The notes under the pieces: model-generated
Seen by the model: the letters and a program-made list of their open reading frames with translations, nothing else
Databases searched by the model: none
What the model was told of the DNA's origin: nothing
Translations under genes and position numbers: made by a program
Source: a virus
Lineage: Duplodnaviria; Caudoviricetes
DNA: 64,000 nucleotides
Virus record (IMG/VR): IMGVR_UViG_3300029288_000001
Span: 1 to 64,000 of that record
Direction: 5' to 3' (one strand)
Part shown: positions 29,823 through 41,836 of the stretch, in pieces
How the letters are laid out: each line of letters opens with the position of its first letter
Numbering within the stretch: position 1 is the first letter of the stretch

Positions 29823-30516
29823 TATTTAACCCCCTTCTTTTTGATCGTGTTCCACGACATGCCCGCGCTATCGCCTATGAGGTCGTTCGACAGCGCTTCG
29901 ATGTAGCCGTTGGTCGATTCTTCGTTCCTCTCGTCGAATACGTAATACGAGTGCGTGTGCGTCGTGGAAATTATATTCGCGTTACTGTCTAGCTGCTCCA
30001 CGATCAAGGTATAAGGCTTTTCCCAGTCTGGCTGGATAATAATCCTCTTGTTCTCGTAGAGCATGTCGATGATCTTCTCGAACGCTTTTCGTAGCCGCTC
30101 TAACTTTACCTTCTCTTCCATTTTATTTACCATAAATCGTGCCACAACTCCTTTAGCTCTTCTGTGAGGCGTTGTCGTTTCTTGTTGTCGAAAATAGCGA
30201 GGTCTATATTACCATCCGTTTGGGTGTCCAGTAAGATCATCGTATAATCCTCTTTTTCGTAGGTCCATTTCGTTTGATTGGTATAAGTAAATACTTCCGA
30301 GTCGAAGATGTCCATTCCATATTCTATGGATTCCTCCGTGATTGGACCGTGACTATACCCCACTCTATCGTCGCCATCGATTAGATCCCATACATACTCG
30401 CGATAGTCTACTACCGCGAAAGTCCTCCAACCCTCGCGATATCCAAAATAATCGTAGACTTCTTGGAGTATGTTGAAATACTTATCTATTAGATCGGTCA
30501 TCGGATCGGATCTCCT

Positions 30517-31254
30517 CTACGATTGAAACAGATTCCCTACGTTGATCGCGCCAAGCCTCATCTTGAGGTAGATCTCTTGAATACGATACGGAATGTTTTC
30601 TAGGGGCGTGTATTCTTCTTTTTTAAGCCCCATGTTGTTGTAGATTATGTTGATCTTAGGGCTACCGTCGGCTCCAGGGTTGACGAAACAATAAAATCCC
30701 TTGTATCCCTCCAACTCCAGCGACCTCATCTTAGCTAACTGCTGCGGCGTGAAGTTACGCTGGTAATAGTTTCCTTGCACGGTTTTTTCCGCTTTCTTCA
30801 TCGGCTCGTCCACGATCTCTAGTTGGTATTGTTTAAACATCGTCCACGCGTATTTCTTTCCCTCTTCAATGTTCCCGTCACCCATGCGATAAAAAGTAGC
30901 TTCCCCAAGAAAACTATTGCACCACTTCTCGAAGAACGGCTTAACCTCGCGCGGGGGAGAATCGTCTTCCTCGGTAGCGCGAATCTGGTCTCTTAGTTTA
31001 ACGATCGCCTCCCAATTGAGAACTAAGTAGTCTCCGTTGTTCTTGAGGTCGATCACGCGATCCTTGGTCACGGCGTTACTATGAAGGTATAACAGGTATT
31101 TTAAATGGGCGAGCGCGGTCTGTTGTTTCTTGTCCAGCACGCCCGTCATGTTAGTCATCATCTTCACGATGTCGCACGCCTTCACGCCCGAGATCTCTTC
31201 CAAGAGCTGGCGTTTCGATTTCTTCTTATTCAATATTTCTTGATTCTTACTCAT
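30517..31254 (-). CDS. Hypothetical protein, first gene after an AT-rich gap
   Basis: 245-aa ORF; no family recognised. Confidence 0.6.
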   Translation of the reverse strand: MSKNQEILNKKKSKRQLLEEISGVKACDIVKMMTNMTGVLDKKQQTALAHLKYLLYLHSNAVTKDRVIDLKNNGDYLVLNWEAIVKLRDQIRATEEDDSPPREVKPFFEKWCNSFLGEATFYRMGDGNIEEGKKYAWTMFKQYQLEIVDEPMKKAEKTVQGNYYQRNFTPQQLAKMRSLELEGYKGFYCFVNPGADGSPKINIIYNNMGLKKEEYTPLENIPYRIQEIYLKMRLGAINVGNLFQS

Positions 31255-31617
31255 ATATTATGATCTAAATGTATTTTTTATTTTAATATTATTATTATTC
31301 GTTTAATGTTTTATCTTCTTTTTCTTTATAGAACCTTCCGTGGCGAGGGCTAGACCACGACGATCTCCACCTATACCCACAGAAATGGCAACAAGACTCG
31401 TAATAGTGATCGAATTCCAGATCGTAGTCGCTGGAACTCTCCATAGTTCGGTTATTACATTCTGGACAGTCCGATAAGTTCCTTAACCCATAGTCCATCT
31501 GGATTTCCTTAACTCTATCTTTATCGTCGTTCATACTATTTTCTTATTCTTTCTTTTATTTTAAACTATTTATTATTCTATTAATTATAAAAAAAAATAA
31601 TTGTTTTTATTATTTGT

Positions 31618-32397
31618 CTATTCCATTTTCTTTAACAACCACTTCTCGATAATGAAACTCTGAGCCTCCTTCTTGTTCGCGTCGAACTGAGAGTGGATTT
31701 TACTCTTGGGAAGCCACACATCCTTACCGTTGTACGATACTTTGATCGCTTTATCGGTAGAGCCGTTGATCGCAGCTTTAATTACCGCTGTGTCCTCGAG
31801 AGCGGGTTCGTCGTGCACATTGTCGCTCGAGTCGTGTAATAGCTCGGTGTCTGGTGCGGAATCTAACCCTAGATCGGCAAGATCAGTGTCGCTTGGCACG
31901 GGTTCGTCTTCGTTAAGAGTTGGCTCTACGACTTCCTCGTGCGCGAGTTCCTCTGCCTTTCCTTCGCTTATCTTGGGTTGTTGGTCTGACACGGTTGATT
32001 GAGCGATCTTCTCTTCGTAGCAGTGGTTAAACAGATCGTAACATACTTGGATCTGGTAATGCGTTAAATAGATCTTATACCCTCCTACGTTAAACCATAC
32101 GATGTCCGTTTTCTTTTCGCCTTTATCGGCGCCCCACGATACATTGATCGGGGTTTTCTTTTCCTTATACGCGTGCACGGTCTTGAACTCCTTCGCTCCT
32201 TTTCCGAGCACTTCGTTTATGGCGGCGATCTCTTCGAGACCTATCTTTACCACCAATCCCTCTTTGTTCGAGGGCTTCTCCCATCCACCGTCCTGTTTCT
32301 TCTTCAAAAAAGTTAGATTCATGAACGGCTCGGTGGCGTTCGATCGGATAAGCATACCCGTCGATTTTATGAAAAACCTATAGTTGTGACTGTTCGT
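31618..32397 (-). CDS. Putative nucleic-acid-binding protein with an acidic linker; ACG start (MNSHNYRFFIKSTGMLI)
   Basis: KKKQDGGWEKPSNKEG...LEEI, and C-terminal TDKAIKV..WLPKSKI..IEKWLL. Resembles proteins I recall from Lokiarchaeia (unverified). ACG lies 1 nt after the upstream TAA. Confidence 0.55.
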   Translation of the reverse strand, partial: TNSHNYRFFIKSTGMLIRSNATEPFMNLTFLKKKQDGGWEKPSNKEGLVVKIGLEEIAAINEVLGKGAKEFKTVHAYKEKKTPINVSWGADKGEKKTDIVWFNVGGYKIYLTHYQIQVCYDLFNHCYEEKIAQSTVSDQQPKISEGKAEELAHEEVVEPTLNEDEPVPSDTDLADLGLDSAPDTELLHDSSDNVHDEPALEDTAVIKAAINGSTDKAIKVSYNGKDVWLPKSKIHSQFDANKKEAQSFIIEKWLLKKME

Positions 32398-32670
32398 ATT
32401 ACTTCATATCCTCCTTAATTTTTGATTTTATATCTTCAATAATAAAGTCTATTTTAACTCCTTTTTCGTAGCGGAACGATTGGATCATACTATACCTATA
32501 GAGTAAATACGCGGTAAAGCCTCCGTCCATTCTAAGATAATGGTGGATTTGATACCCGTTCCCGAGCTGGATATATTCCTTCCTAGGACCCGTTACGGCA
32601 CGCCTACTTATAGGTCGGTTGAGCCTCGTCATTTCGCTTTTAAACCGCTTCGATTCTATTTTTTTTCGCG

Positions 32671-33048
32671 TTATATCTCATCACTATTATTGTTGTTATT
32701 TTTTAGATAATTATCTAAATTACTAGGTTTTTTCGTTGATACATAAATCGTTGATATATAAAAAAAATGAATTTTATAGTTCGCATAGTCTACGTATTGT
32801 GTGTTAACTTGATAATAAACCTTAATATCATTATGTAATGTACGATATTCTATGTAATCAATGATAGGAGACTGTTGATTTTTTAGATCGAGTTTCCACT
32901 TCTTATCGTCGGGCACATAGAGCTCGTCCATGACCATATCCTTAGGGTCGATCTCGTAGTAGTCCCCTCTTCCTCCGTGCTCGATCCTTACATGGTCTCT
33001 AGCGATCATTACACCGCTTTCCTTATCGTAAAGAGGTTTTTCTACCAT
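32671..33048 (-). CDS. Hypothetical phage-type protein
   Basis: RIEHGGRGDYYEI...YIEYRT..IKVYYQ..VDYANYK motif. Confidence 0.6.
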   Translation of the reverse strand: MVEKPLYDKESGVMIARDHVRIEHGGRGDYYEIDPKDMVMDELYVPDDKKWKLDLKNQQSPIIDYIEYRTLHNDIKVYYQVNTQYVDYANYKIHFFYISTIYVSTKKPSNLDNYLKNNNNNSDEI

Positions 33049-33457
33049 GCGTCGTCCTCGTCCTCCTCCTCGTCGTCAGGGTCGTAGGAACTTTCGTGGT
33101 CTTCGTATTCGTGCCCTCGGATCTTCGTCAACTCCTTCTTGACCTCCTCGTAGGTGACTTCTTTATCCTTCCCAAAAACCTTCTGTAATTGATCGTATTC
33201 TTCCTTTTTCATATACCACTTACAGATCTTGTCCGATCTCGTGGAATGGTAGAACTTGGGAAACTTCGCGGGCATCGCCTCGTTCGAGCAGTAGCCTTTC
33301 CAGATCCAGAAACTAAAACATCCCAGCTCTTCGTCGTAGGCGTATTCCTCTTCGGTCCAAAAGACCGTAGGAAAGAAAAACACGCAGCTCTGGCACGCTT
33401 TCACCACTCTATTACAGTGCGCGTCCCAATCGATCGATTTCTTCTCGGACTCGTTAC

Positions 33458-34093
33458 TCATATGTCCACCTCGCGAATTAACTTCGCTTTTTCCCATTTA
33501 CTTTTCCAATGAATGTCGGTCTGAACGTGATTAGCTCTTACGCACTTCGCGATGTTATCGTTAAACTCGGACACTGGAAACGCAGCTTTATTCCTTACTA
33601 CATACCCTTCGCAGACGCTTCCGTAGAGACTCTCTCTTGGAATATGCATTTCGTATCTACTATCAATATCTCCGAGAGTAATAATCGGTGCCGTGTAGAG
33701 CTTGAGCTCGTTGGTTATATCGTACATCTCGTCCGTAGATACGAACACATCGCCTCGCCGTATCGCGAACACGTAGAAGTAAGAAGTTAGCTTCTCGTAG
33801 GTGATCGAGTGGATGGCATACATATTTTCCCCGTAAATGATCATATCGTCAGGGAGGTCGTATTGGAACTTCTCTGCCATTTTGATTATATAAGTCTGCC
33901 ACGGTTTTCCATAGGCGGCAGCGTTATCCGACCGCGCGTGAATATAGTTCTTTGCGATTGCGGTATTCTCTCCGTCGAGTTTTTCCGTGAAGACAAGAGA
34001 TTTATCCTCGAAACATTTTACATTTTCCTTCCGTTTATCGTCGCGGCTTAACTGCTGAGACCACGGCAGGTGCTCTATGCTTGGGAACTTCAT
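33458..34093 (-). CDS. RNA ligase-family nucleotidyltransferase (short, Rnl2-like adenylation domain)
   Basis: KFPSIEHLPWS, TEKLDGEN (motif I), GENMYAIHSITY, EGYVVR, AKCVRANHVQTD. Confidence 0.9.
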   Translation of the reverse strand: MKFPSIEHLPWSQQLSRDDKRKENVKCFEDKSLVFTEKLDGENTAIAKNYIHARSDNAAAYGKPWQTYIIKMAEKFQYDLPDDMIIYGENMYAIHSITYEKLTSYFYVFAIRRGDVFVSTDEMYDITNELKLYTAPIITLGDIDSRYEMHIPRESLYGSVCEGYVVRNKAAFPVSEFNDNIAKCVRANHVQTDIHWKSKWEKAKLIREVDI

Positions 34094-34314
34094 TTAATAT
34101 CATCTTTTTCTTTTAGTTTAATTAAATAATCTAAATACCACTTCGCTTTCTTCAAATCCTCTAGTTCTCTTCCTTTAAACTTAGCGCGGAGAATATACGT
34201 TACTACATTGCCTTCGTAGAATCCTAGCTTATACGCGTTTATAACATCCACGGCTTCTATCCCTCCTTGGTTGTAGTGCGAGGGGTGGTTAACATTATCG
34301 TTCTTTTCGCTCAT
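34090..34314 (-). CDS. DUF3310-family protein
   Basis: DNVNHPSHY..GGIEAVD...GNVVTYILRA..KG..LEDLKKAKWYL. Confidence 0.9.
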   Translation of the reverse strand: MSEKNDNVNHPSHYNQGGIEAVDVINAYKLGFYEGNVVTYILRAKFKGRELEDLKKAKWYLDYLIKLKEKDDIK

Positions 34315-34912
34315 GGATACAATCTCCTACTCGTTATTATGTGAAAACACTCCAAACAAAGAAGATCGTTGAACATCTCGTCTCTTATCAAATCTACGCC
34401 TTCGACGCCTTCTTTACCACATCGTTGGCATTTTAATTTATTCTTTTCGCTCATCCAAAACATCCCCTTTTGTGCTTTTTAGTAAACATCGCTTTCTTAT
34501 TGATCTCTGGATCGCTCTTACCGATTATATTTAACACGTCCTGCTGGCGCTTTTTATCGCGTTTAAAATTCTCTAACTCCTCTTCGATTAATTCTCCTAT
34601 ACTTTTCTTCTCGGTCATTCTTTCACTCACTTTTTCTTAGTTCTTTAATTTTTATTCCCGCTTCTATTTCCTTCTTAATATATTCGTCTAACACGCCAGA
34701 AGCACGCGAGATAACAGTATCGAACCCGTCGCGCACGCTTCCCAAATAAGTTTTTAAATGGTTGTAATGCTCTTCCGTAGTAGGTTCGTGGCTATCGTAA
34801 TTCTCTAACGCGTTAAATGCGATGCACTTTCCTACGATAATTCCTTTTCTCTTACCTTTCTTATAAATTTTCATTTCTTTTTGGAATTTCTCCCATTCTT
34901 CGCTTCTATTTT

Positions 34913-35083
34913 TCATTTCCTTACCTCCTCCATCCACTTTTCGTATTGGTCCTTTCCCGTAGTGCACAATTGGTCGTAAGTCATATATTCTAAGTGGTGC
35001 TCTTGGACATTGTTGTTATTCTCGATGATCTCTCGGTCGTCAAACATAAAAATCGTTTTATCTTTCAGTTTTATAATCTTCGT
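34913..35083 (-). CDS. Small hypothetical protein, probable ACG start (MKIIKLKDK)
   Basis: AAGGCGATAAGA-ACG. Avoids a 119-nt overlap with the upstream Cys-rich gene. Confidence 0.45.
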   Translation of the reverse strand, partial: TKIIKLKDKTIFMFDDREIIENNNNVQEHHLEYMTYDQLCTTGKDQYEKWMEEVRK

Positions 35084-35549
35084 TCTTATCGCCTTTTTTA
35101 TAATGTAGTTCGCACGGTTTATGATAATAAGGACAGGTATCGCAGGTTTCGTGCTCGTTGCAAGTCCATTTCCCATACTTACCGATCAATTCCAACATTT
35201 CGTCTAGAACATCCTTATTTCTCTTCCTTCCATCTTCAATACTATCCCTCTCTATGATTCTTTTAACGGAATTAAATGCCGCGATTTTTCCTTTCACGAA
35301 TTCTCGCTCTAAATCCTTCGTATCGAATAGTTCTATAAATCCATCGATGAGAGAGAGTAAGTTTTTCTTAAATAGTTGTAAGCTCATTCTTACTCGTCTC
35401 GTTTTCTTTTATAGGTTGGAATCCATAATATTTCAACATTACATTAAACATATCTATTAATTCTGCGCGGGTTTTATCCTCGAAAAGCGTGCAGTCTGTA
35501 TCGTCCTTTTTTTTAGTGTGAAGACAGCCCTTGCACATGTTTTTATCGT

Positions 35550-36617
35550 TCATAGCTCTTGTTCCTCTCTCTTTTCCATTTTGGGTAAGTTCTCCTTTAC
35601 TCGTTTCGTGATGTAGTTGTCTAATCTATCCCATCTTTTGTCTATCGTGAGGAAAACACCGCTCTTGTGCGTTAAGTCCGTGCGTGCGGCGATCTCTTTT
35701 CTTGGAACACCTTGCACCTTCTTACATTCCTCTAAAACAGCCGTGCGAGTGTCGAAATATGCTTTCTCTAAATATGCTACCATTTCTCTAAGCTCGGTGC
35801 AGAACTCCTCGGGAATCGTGAGTATTAGTTCTTCGTCCACTTTCCCATCTTTCATACTTCCACATAAATTCTTGTAGGTAAGGTTCGCTAATAACTTCGC
35901 CACTTCGAAATATCTCTTTGATTTAAACTTTACTCGTTCTCCTCCCTTATAGAGCGCTACGAACCCTTCTTGGTCGAGCTCGCGGTGCGTTTCTTGCCAT
36001 TCGAACATCTGCTCGGGCGTAATAGTAAATTCCTTGACTAGCTCCATTTTAAGGTCCTGGTTAATTTTCTCTACTAACTTACGCGGGAGCTCTCCTACGG
36101 ACTTATCGAAGATCGCGAGTAGGACGAACTTCTCTTCCTTACCGTAATCGATCACGATTCTATTCTCGGGATATATGATCTCGGCTAAGATCGTGTAGTC
36201 GTGTGGAACCATCGAAAGATCGTGCTTCTTTAACATCTCCGTCGCTTTAATAGACTGCTCAGACGCGAACGACCCGCGCGTGTTAACTCTCCACTTCCCG
36301 TCGTACCAATAGATTATTCCTAGAGAGCCATCGACCTTCTCGGTAATCGATACTGGCTTCGCGGCAAGAAACCTCTTCTGTTCCTCGGGAGAGAACTCGC
36401 TTAGATTGAAGAATTTCGAGAACGGTCTCGCGACGAGATCGCCAGTATGCGCGTCGTATATGTGCCCTCTCGAATTGATCGTGATGTCGTTCCATATTTT
36501 ATCGAACTGGCACTTGTCTGAGTAGTTAAAGAGCACCAGCTTGCCGTCGTCGGAAAATTTCCGCATGAGGTAGCCTTGGTCGATCAACTCGTCTATGCGT
36601 TTATCCTTTATGTCCAT
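35550..36617 (-). CDS. T4 Rnl1-like RNA ligase
   Basis: LFNYS, SRGHI, VARPFSKFFN, TEKVDGSLGI, TRGSFASEQ, EIIYPENRIVIDY, EGFV, RVKFK. Confidence 0.92.
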   Translation of the reverse strand: MDIKDKRIDELIDQGYLMRKFSDDGKLVLFNYSDKCQFDKIWNDITINSRGHIYDAHTGDLVARPFSKFFNLSEFSPEEQKRFLAAKPVSITEKVDGSLGIIYWYDGKWRVNTRGSFASEQSIKATEMLKKHDLSMVPHDYTILAEIIYPENRIVIDYGKEEKFVLLAIFDKSVGELPRKLVEKINQDLKMELVKEFTITPEQMFEWQETHRELDQEGFVALYKGGERVKFKSKRYFEVAKLLANLTYKNLCGSMKDGKVDEELILTIPEEFCTELREMVAYLEKAYFDTRTAVLEECKKVQGVPRKEIAARTDLTHKSGVFLTIDKRWDRLDNYITKRVKENLPKMEKREEQEL

Positions 36618-37171
36618 AATAACTACACATCCATTTTATAAAACATTTTATCTTTTTAAACATATTTATCTTACCTCGTCTCATATTATCGAACTCTTTT
36701 AACATTTTCTTAAACTGGCGTTTACTAAGATCGCCGTTCTCGTATATGTGGAGAGGTATCACGCTCCATGCGCCCGTGCGGTCGGAGCCTATTGGATTAT
36801 AGGTAATGTATTTAAACGGATCGTTGTCGTCTGCCATTCCATTACCACTCGCTGTATTCTAATTGTATTTCTCTCCAATCGATTTCGATTTCCTTATAAT
36901 TCTTCTCTCTTAACTCGTCCAAATGATACTCGTCGGTGATCTCGATCGTGCATTTACCGTGCTCGCGAATGTAGTCAAGAATGCCATACATCACGAACGG
37001 ATTAAGTAGTACTTCCCCCCACTTACACACATCGGGATAGAAATATTCCTTCCTCGTGTGGTTTACGATCACGGCTAGAGTTCCCATTTACATCACATCT
37101 TTTCTTAATTGCGGGACTCCCGCGACCAGAGTTAATCGCGATGGATGTCGGTGGTGAAGGAGCCTTTCCGC

Positions 37172-37777
37172 TTATTTTTTTACTTCCAGAAAATCTTCTG
37201 GGCAAGTTTTTTCTTTATCGGACTCTTTCTTCTCTTCTACCTTCTTTACATCGGTATTAGAAAGGATATTATCCGTAGGGCTGTATATTGTAGGTGTGTT
37301 TGTGGATGTTGTATCGGTAACGCCATTCATATCTATATTGATTCCTCGAACCGTAGGAGGAGGAACGAATTGAATGTAATCCGTCTCGGAAGCGTCGGCG
37401 TCCAGCATTCTTAGGTTCCCTATAGTAGGATAAAACCACGATCCCCTCGTATCGGATTGTATTACCTCTTTGTAGTCGTGGACTTGTTGTAGTTGTTCCA
37501 ACTGTCGCCGCGTATTCTCTACAATAGTTTGTGATGTTAAATTCTCGTTGTTCTTTATTGCGTGCGCTTCCTTGATTGTCTCTGATAACTCGTCCGTGCG
37601 TGTGAGTAATATTATGATACCAAATACAACTACCGTTATAAGCATTCGCACGGGTAAATACCACGACTCGTTCTTTTCCGTAGGAACTCCAAAGATTAAA
37701 TCGGGTAAACAATAGCTACCTGTGACTAATATCGCTACTACTATTGTTTTTACGATCGCGCTAGTCCGTTCCTTCAT
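37172..37777 (-). CDS. Two-TM membrane protein with C-terminal EKTCPEDFLEV motif
   Basis: Two hydrophobic helices, a coiled coil and a Thr-rich linker. Confidence 0.65.
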   Translation of the reverse strand: MKERTSAIVKTIVVAILVTGSYCLPDLIFGVPTEKNESWYLPVRMLITVVVFGIIILLTRTDELSETIKEAHAIKNNENLTSQTIVENTRRQLEQLQQVHDYKEVIQSDTRGSWFYPTIGNLRMLDADASETDYIQFVPPPTVRGINIDMNGVTDTTSTNTPTIYSPTDNILSNTDVKKVEEKKESDKEKTCPEDFLEVKK

Positions 37778-37961
37778 TTACTCCTCTCCTTCGTTATTGC
37801 CTCGTCGCACTCGGTACAGATTACTCTTTTCTTGAATTTTTCCACCAATTCCTCGTAGTTCTTCCATTTCGCGTCCCACTCGGCTTGGGGTAGGTTCTCC
37901 GCGTTATACCCGTCCGCCAAATGCATGATCAGTTTACCGCACCTCGAACAATGGATGTAGG

Positions 37962-38225
37962 TCATTCGATCAGCTCTTTTATATGTTTCTCGAAGTTTTC
38001 TACGATCGCTTTTTGTGTGGGACGAACCATCTTACCTTTCTTATCGTAAAGACTACGGAATATGGCACTATTCTTCATTGAAGTCCACTCGTCTAGTAAA
38101 TACTCCGCTTTTATTTTTAATTTGATCGATTCTAACGACTTGGAGTCCGTTCTGGGAGGTCTCGGCTCGCGTGGTTCTTTTTTCGCTTTCTTCTCTTTAA
38201 ACTCAGGCGGCTTAAATAGACTCGT
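37962..38225 (-). CDS. Basic hypothetical protein (87 aa), ACG start, not in the ORF track
   Basis: GGAGG + 9 nt + ACG AGT CTA TTT (MSLFKPPEF), with an in-frame TAA immediately before. Ends in an ATGA overlap with 37965. Confidence 0.7.
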   Translation of the reverse strand, partial: TSLFKPPEFKEKKAKKEPREPRPPRTDSKSLESIKLKIKAEYLLDEWTSMKNSAIFRSLYDKKGKMVRPTQKAIVENFEKHIKELIE

Positions 38226-38514
38226 TTAACTGCGCCTCCAGATCCGCTAATCCATCCTTTGTTAAGTGTTGATTTAATATTTCAACGAAGCTATTAAACT
38301 TACTCTCGGTATTGAAGTATGTGTCTTTAATCGCGTTTAAGAATTGTATAAGTCCTTTTATTGTTTTTTTATCGTATACGGTGGTAGTATACGATGTGTC
38401 CGATGGTATACCATTGCCTCGATGGAGTTTAATGAAATCTTCCCACTTCGCCTTCTCCGAGGGTGGAACTTTCACTTGAAGGTTTACCAGAGTTTCCTTA
38501 AATAGCTTCTTCGT
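38212..38514 (-). CDS. RHH-like protein, probable ACG start (MKKLFKETLVNLQVKV)
   Basis: GAGGC + 9 nt + ACG. TATA-like TTTAAATA at 38571-38578. Confidence 0.5.
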   Translation of the reverse strand, partial: TKKLFKETLVNLQVKVPPSEKAKWEDFIKLHRGNGIPSDTSYTTTVYDKKTIKGLIQFLNAIKDTYFNTESKFNSFVEILNQHLTKDGLADLEAQLNESI

Positions 38515-38573
38515 TGTTTTATAGCCTCTTATTCTTTGTGGTATACTATGATCTATGTATAGTATACGATTAT

Positions 38574-38858
38574 TTAAAGGTTATTATTAACCTCTTGCTC
38601 GTCGATCTCGTAGTATAAATAGTTAATATTGTGATAAGGAATGGACACGATCTTTTCTACTTCGTCTTTAATGATCTTATTCCTATACTCTTGTTTAAAG
38701 CGCACTACCGCTTGACCCATGCCCAAGTATATCTCTTGAAGATATATGCTATATCCATACGCATTTGGGTGAAATATAAATTGACATTCGTGAGATACTC
38801 CAGTCTTCGTGTCTAGATTTATTTTCTTTATTTTTACCCATTCTCCTACGTAGCTCGT
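38574..38858 (-). CDS. Paralogue of 42969..43337 (94 aa), ACG start, not in the ORF track
   Basis: MSYVGEWVKIKKINLD...YLGMGQAVVRF...IPYHNI matches EEWKEASFINI...YFGSGQAALKI...FPFHEI. In-frame TAA two codons before the ACG. Confidence 0.7.
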   Translation of the reverse strand, partial: TSYVGEWVKIKKINLDTKTGVSHECQFIFHPNAYGYSIYLQEIYLGMGQAVVRFKQEYRNKIIKDEVEKIVSIPYHNINYLYYEIDEQEVNNNL

Positions 38859-41019
38859 TCTTTATCGCCTTCTCCTTTATTATATTCAATAGTCCATTTT
38901 CCGTTTTTATAAATATTCTTTCCTTTTATTTTCTTAGAGTAACGAGCAGAATCTTTATCGTTTGGAAATGGCTTCACTTGGCAAGTAATATAGATCTCTT
39001 CCGTAAAATCTTCGTCGTCGTAATCCTCTCGTTCTTTCTGGCAATATCCTTTATATTTCACGAATATGGTTTCTCTCGTTTTATAATCGATTCTCTTTTT
39101 AATCTCCCGATACGACCATCCACAGATATATTCTTTGTCGTGGTGGACGACCTCGTGGATATATTCTATGTGAACCATGATTTCTTCATCTCCCTCGCTC
39201 GATCCACCGAAACGGTTCTTTATTTAATTCTGGAATTATATATTTCTCGAACACTTCGTTCCAATCCACGCCTGCGAAATGGGAACACGAGTCGCACAAG
39301 GCAAAAGGACAACCACCAATGTCGCATTTGTCCGTTACATCAATGTCTATCATGGAAGCGAAGTTGAATTCTATTTTATTCACGATTCTACCGTTGATGT
39401 TTTGGAAGCTATAAATACGACTAAGAAACGATGGGAATTTACCATAAGTAGACCACACATCGTTTTCGTATTTCTTCTTATCGTAGGTCATAACTCGCGA
39501 TCCTCCATTTCTACATCGAAATTCTTGTTTCCTTTTTTCTTTAAATACTCGTAATACTCTCTCGTCTCGCACACGATCACGGGCTTAGTATGTCCTTGTA
39601 GAAACGCCATTGGTTGGGGCATCATATCGTCGTCGAACGAGTCCCCTTTCAACCGATAGATCGGAACTGTGTGTATGGCGTGCCATCCCCAAACCGTCCC
39701 TAGTAGCTCGTATTCCGCGTCACATTTTTGACATTGGGGAAAATAACACATGTAAATCGGATACACTACTTCGTACCCGCACTTCTTACACTTCCAGACC
39801 GCGTCAGTCACTTTACATCTCCTCCTTTTTCTTGACCAAACGCGATCTCGGGGTGCTCCTCGTAGCACTTCTGGCACATTCCAAAGATGCGGTAAGTGTC
39901 CACATCCAGCGGTAGTATGCCTCTCTTACAGACTTTACAGATCGGCTGCGCTATAAACCTCGTTCTATGGGTTTTCATTTTTTCTTCTCACTACTCCATT
40001 CCTTAAATTTATTATCTAATTCTTCTAACATACCTTTCTTATTAGCTTGATCTAGCACTTTCTGGCGTATATCAAGCGTGAGTAAGGTCATATTCGTGAT
40101 CATAGCGTTAAATTGATCTTTCAAAATCGTTTCTATTCTTTCGTTGTATTTCGCACAATCCTTACAATAATATAGTTCCTCGCGTCGCTTTCCGTTTCCG
40201 TAGTTATAACCGCGCTCGGATTCTATGTTGAAATCTAACATGATAACCCTACGATAGGAAATATGATCGTTCTCTGGGATATATTCCAAACAGTTCAAAC
40301 AACAATTCCTCTTGCATACGAAGCACTCTTCAGATAGGCTCCATATCTCTTGTCCGCAGCACTCGCACGCTTCTTTTTCGATCATTCTTTCTTATCCTCT
40401 TTATCGTATTTTAACGGACAATTCTTTTTATTACATCCTTTTATATCTAAACCATGTTTCATACCATAACGGCAAGTAGATCCACCCCATCTATCTCGAT
40501 GAGGGCAACAATTCTTGGGTAAAATTACATCCCAGTTTTCGCTCATTCGTTCTCGCCTCGCGGGGGTATTACTTTCCATCGTATGTTCGCTTCGAGCTCG
40601 TCGTTGATCGCTACGATATGGTGGATACCGTCGTCTCCGTTTTTCTGGAGCTCCGCTACATATTGTTCCATGGTTTCTATCCAGTCCTTACTTATGTAGT
40701 ATCCTTGGTAGTAGTCTCCTTCTCGCACGCCTTTCTTCATAACATAGATCCACGCGTGATACGAGGGACCTTCTATTTCAATACAGTAGATCCCTTTTAT
40801 TCTTTTTTTATTGTCTTTCTTTTCTCGATCTAATATATCCAACACTAACTCTTGTAGATTCATGTTTTTATCACTTCTCTTTTTTTAAGTTATTGGTAAG
40901 TATCTTCTTTACACCGTTAAGTAGCGTTTTTAATTTATCTATCTTCTCCTCGACCGACCACGAATCCTTATAGTATTGCACGGTATTATATAGATCTTTC
41001 AACTCTTTTCTTATATCGG

Positions 41020-41487
41020 TCATTCGCACGCCTCTTTCATTCTTTTATTAAAATAATGCTTGGGAAACTTTAATATAAAACCCTTCAAGTCCTTTTCGTT
41101 ATACTCCTTCATTAACTCGCGCCACGCCTCGATCTGACCGTAATTTAACGAGAGATCAAGTTTCTTGGGAATGAAGGTAATTTCCGACTCCAACTCCCGA
41201 TTACATTTTGGGCACACGACCGCGATCCATTTTAAATTCTTATGGTTATGATGTAAATGGAAATTCGGTGAGCCTATGGCTGGAACGGCGCATTTATAAC
41301 AAACCAAACGCGAGTCCTCGATTCTTGGCTCGTATTTCATGGATTCTACCTTTTTCCGTATGGAATTAATATAACTCGGCGTTCTCCCGTAGCGCTCTCC
41401 TATTTCCTTGTTAGAGCCTTTTCCTACGCAGATATCTTCCAAGATTTCGTTATATTGACTATTCGTCGCGGTTAGTTTCCCCTCCAT
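41020..41487 (-). CDS. HTH plus endonuclease VII/HNH-like zinc domain protein
   Basis: SNKEIGERYGRTPSYINSIR helix-turn-helix; CYKC...HLHHNH...VVCPKCN. Confidence 0.6.
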   Translation of the reverse strand: MEGKLTATNSQYNEILEDICVGKGSNKEIGERYGRTPSYINSIRKKVESMKYEPRIEDSRLVCYKCAVPAIGSPNFHLHHNHKNLKWIAVVCPKCNRELESEITFIPKKLDLSLNYGQIEAWRELMKEYNEKDLKGFILKFPKHYFNKRMKEACE

Positions 41488-41836
41488 CCCGATTGTTGTT
41501 GATATAATAACGCTTTTTTAAGCTCTTCGTCTATTTTCTTATTGTTTTCCTCTTGGTTCTCTCCTTTTTCGATCAACGCGCAGACCGTTCCTAGATAAGT
41601 AGTATGGCACTTCAGACACGAACAATACGCTCTATCGAATAGATAATAGTCTTGGTTGGTCTTTTCGCTCGCGACGATGTATCCTAGAAACGCGATCTCG
41701 CTCGCGTGGCACTCCGCGCATTTTAAAACGGTAGACCGATAGAGTACTCTATTCTTGTATTTATATTTCTCGTTGCCTATTCCTATCCACACGGTTGGGG
41801 TTATTACTTCCCAGTCGTATTCTTCTTTATCGTCGG

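Noticed and set aside
32397-32407. Single-base sequencing frameshift (ATGAAGTAAT for ATGAGTAAT) restoring an ATG to the 31618 gene
   Set aside because: Possible for this one site, but the in-frame ACG 1 nt after the stop fits the genome-wide pattern without invoking an error. Needs a read check.
37023-37205. ATA-initiated small ORF overlapping the 37172 stop (MSGKAPSPP)
   Set aside because: No recognisable motif, and it runs deep into the next gene; too weak to count among the non-AUG starts.
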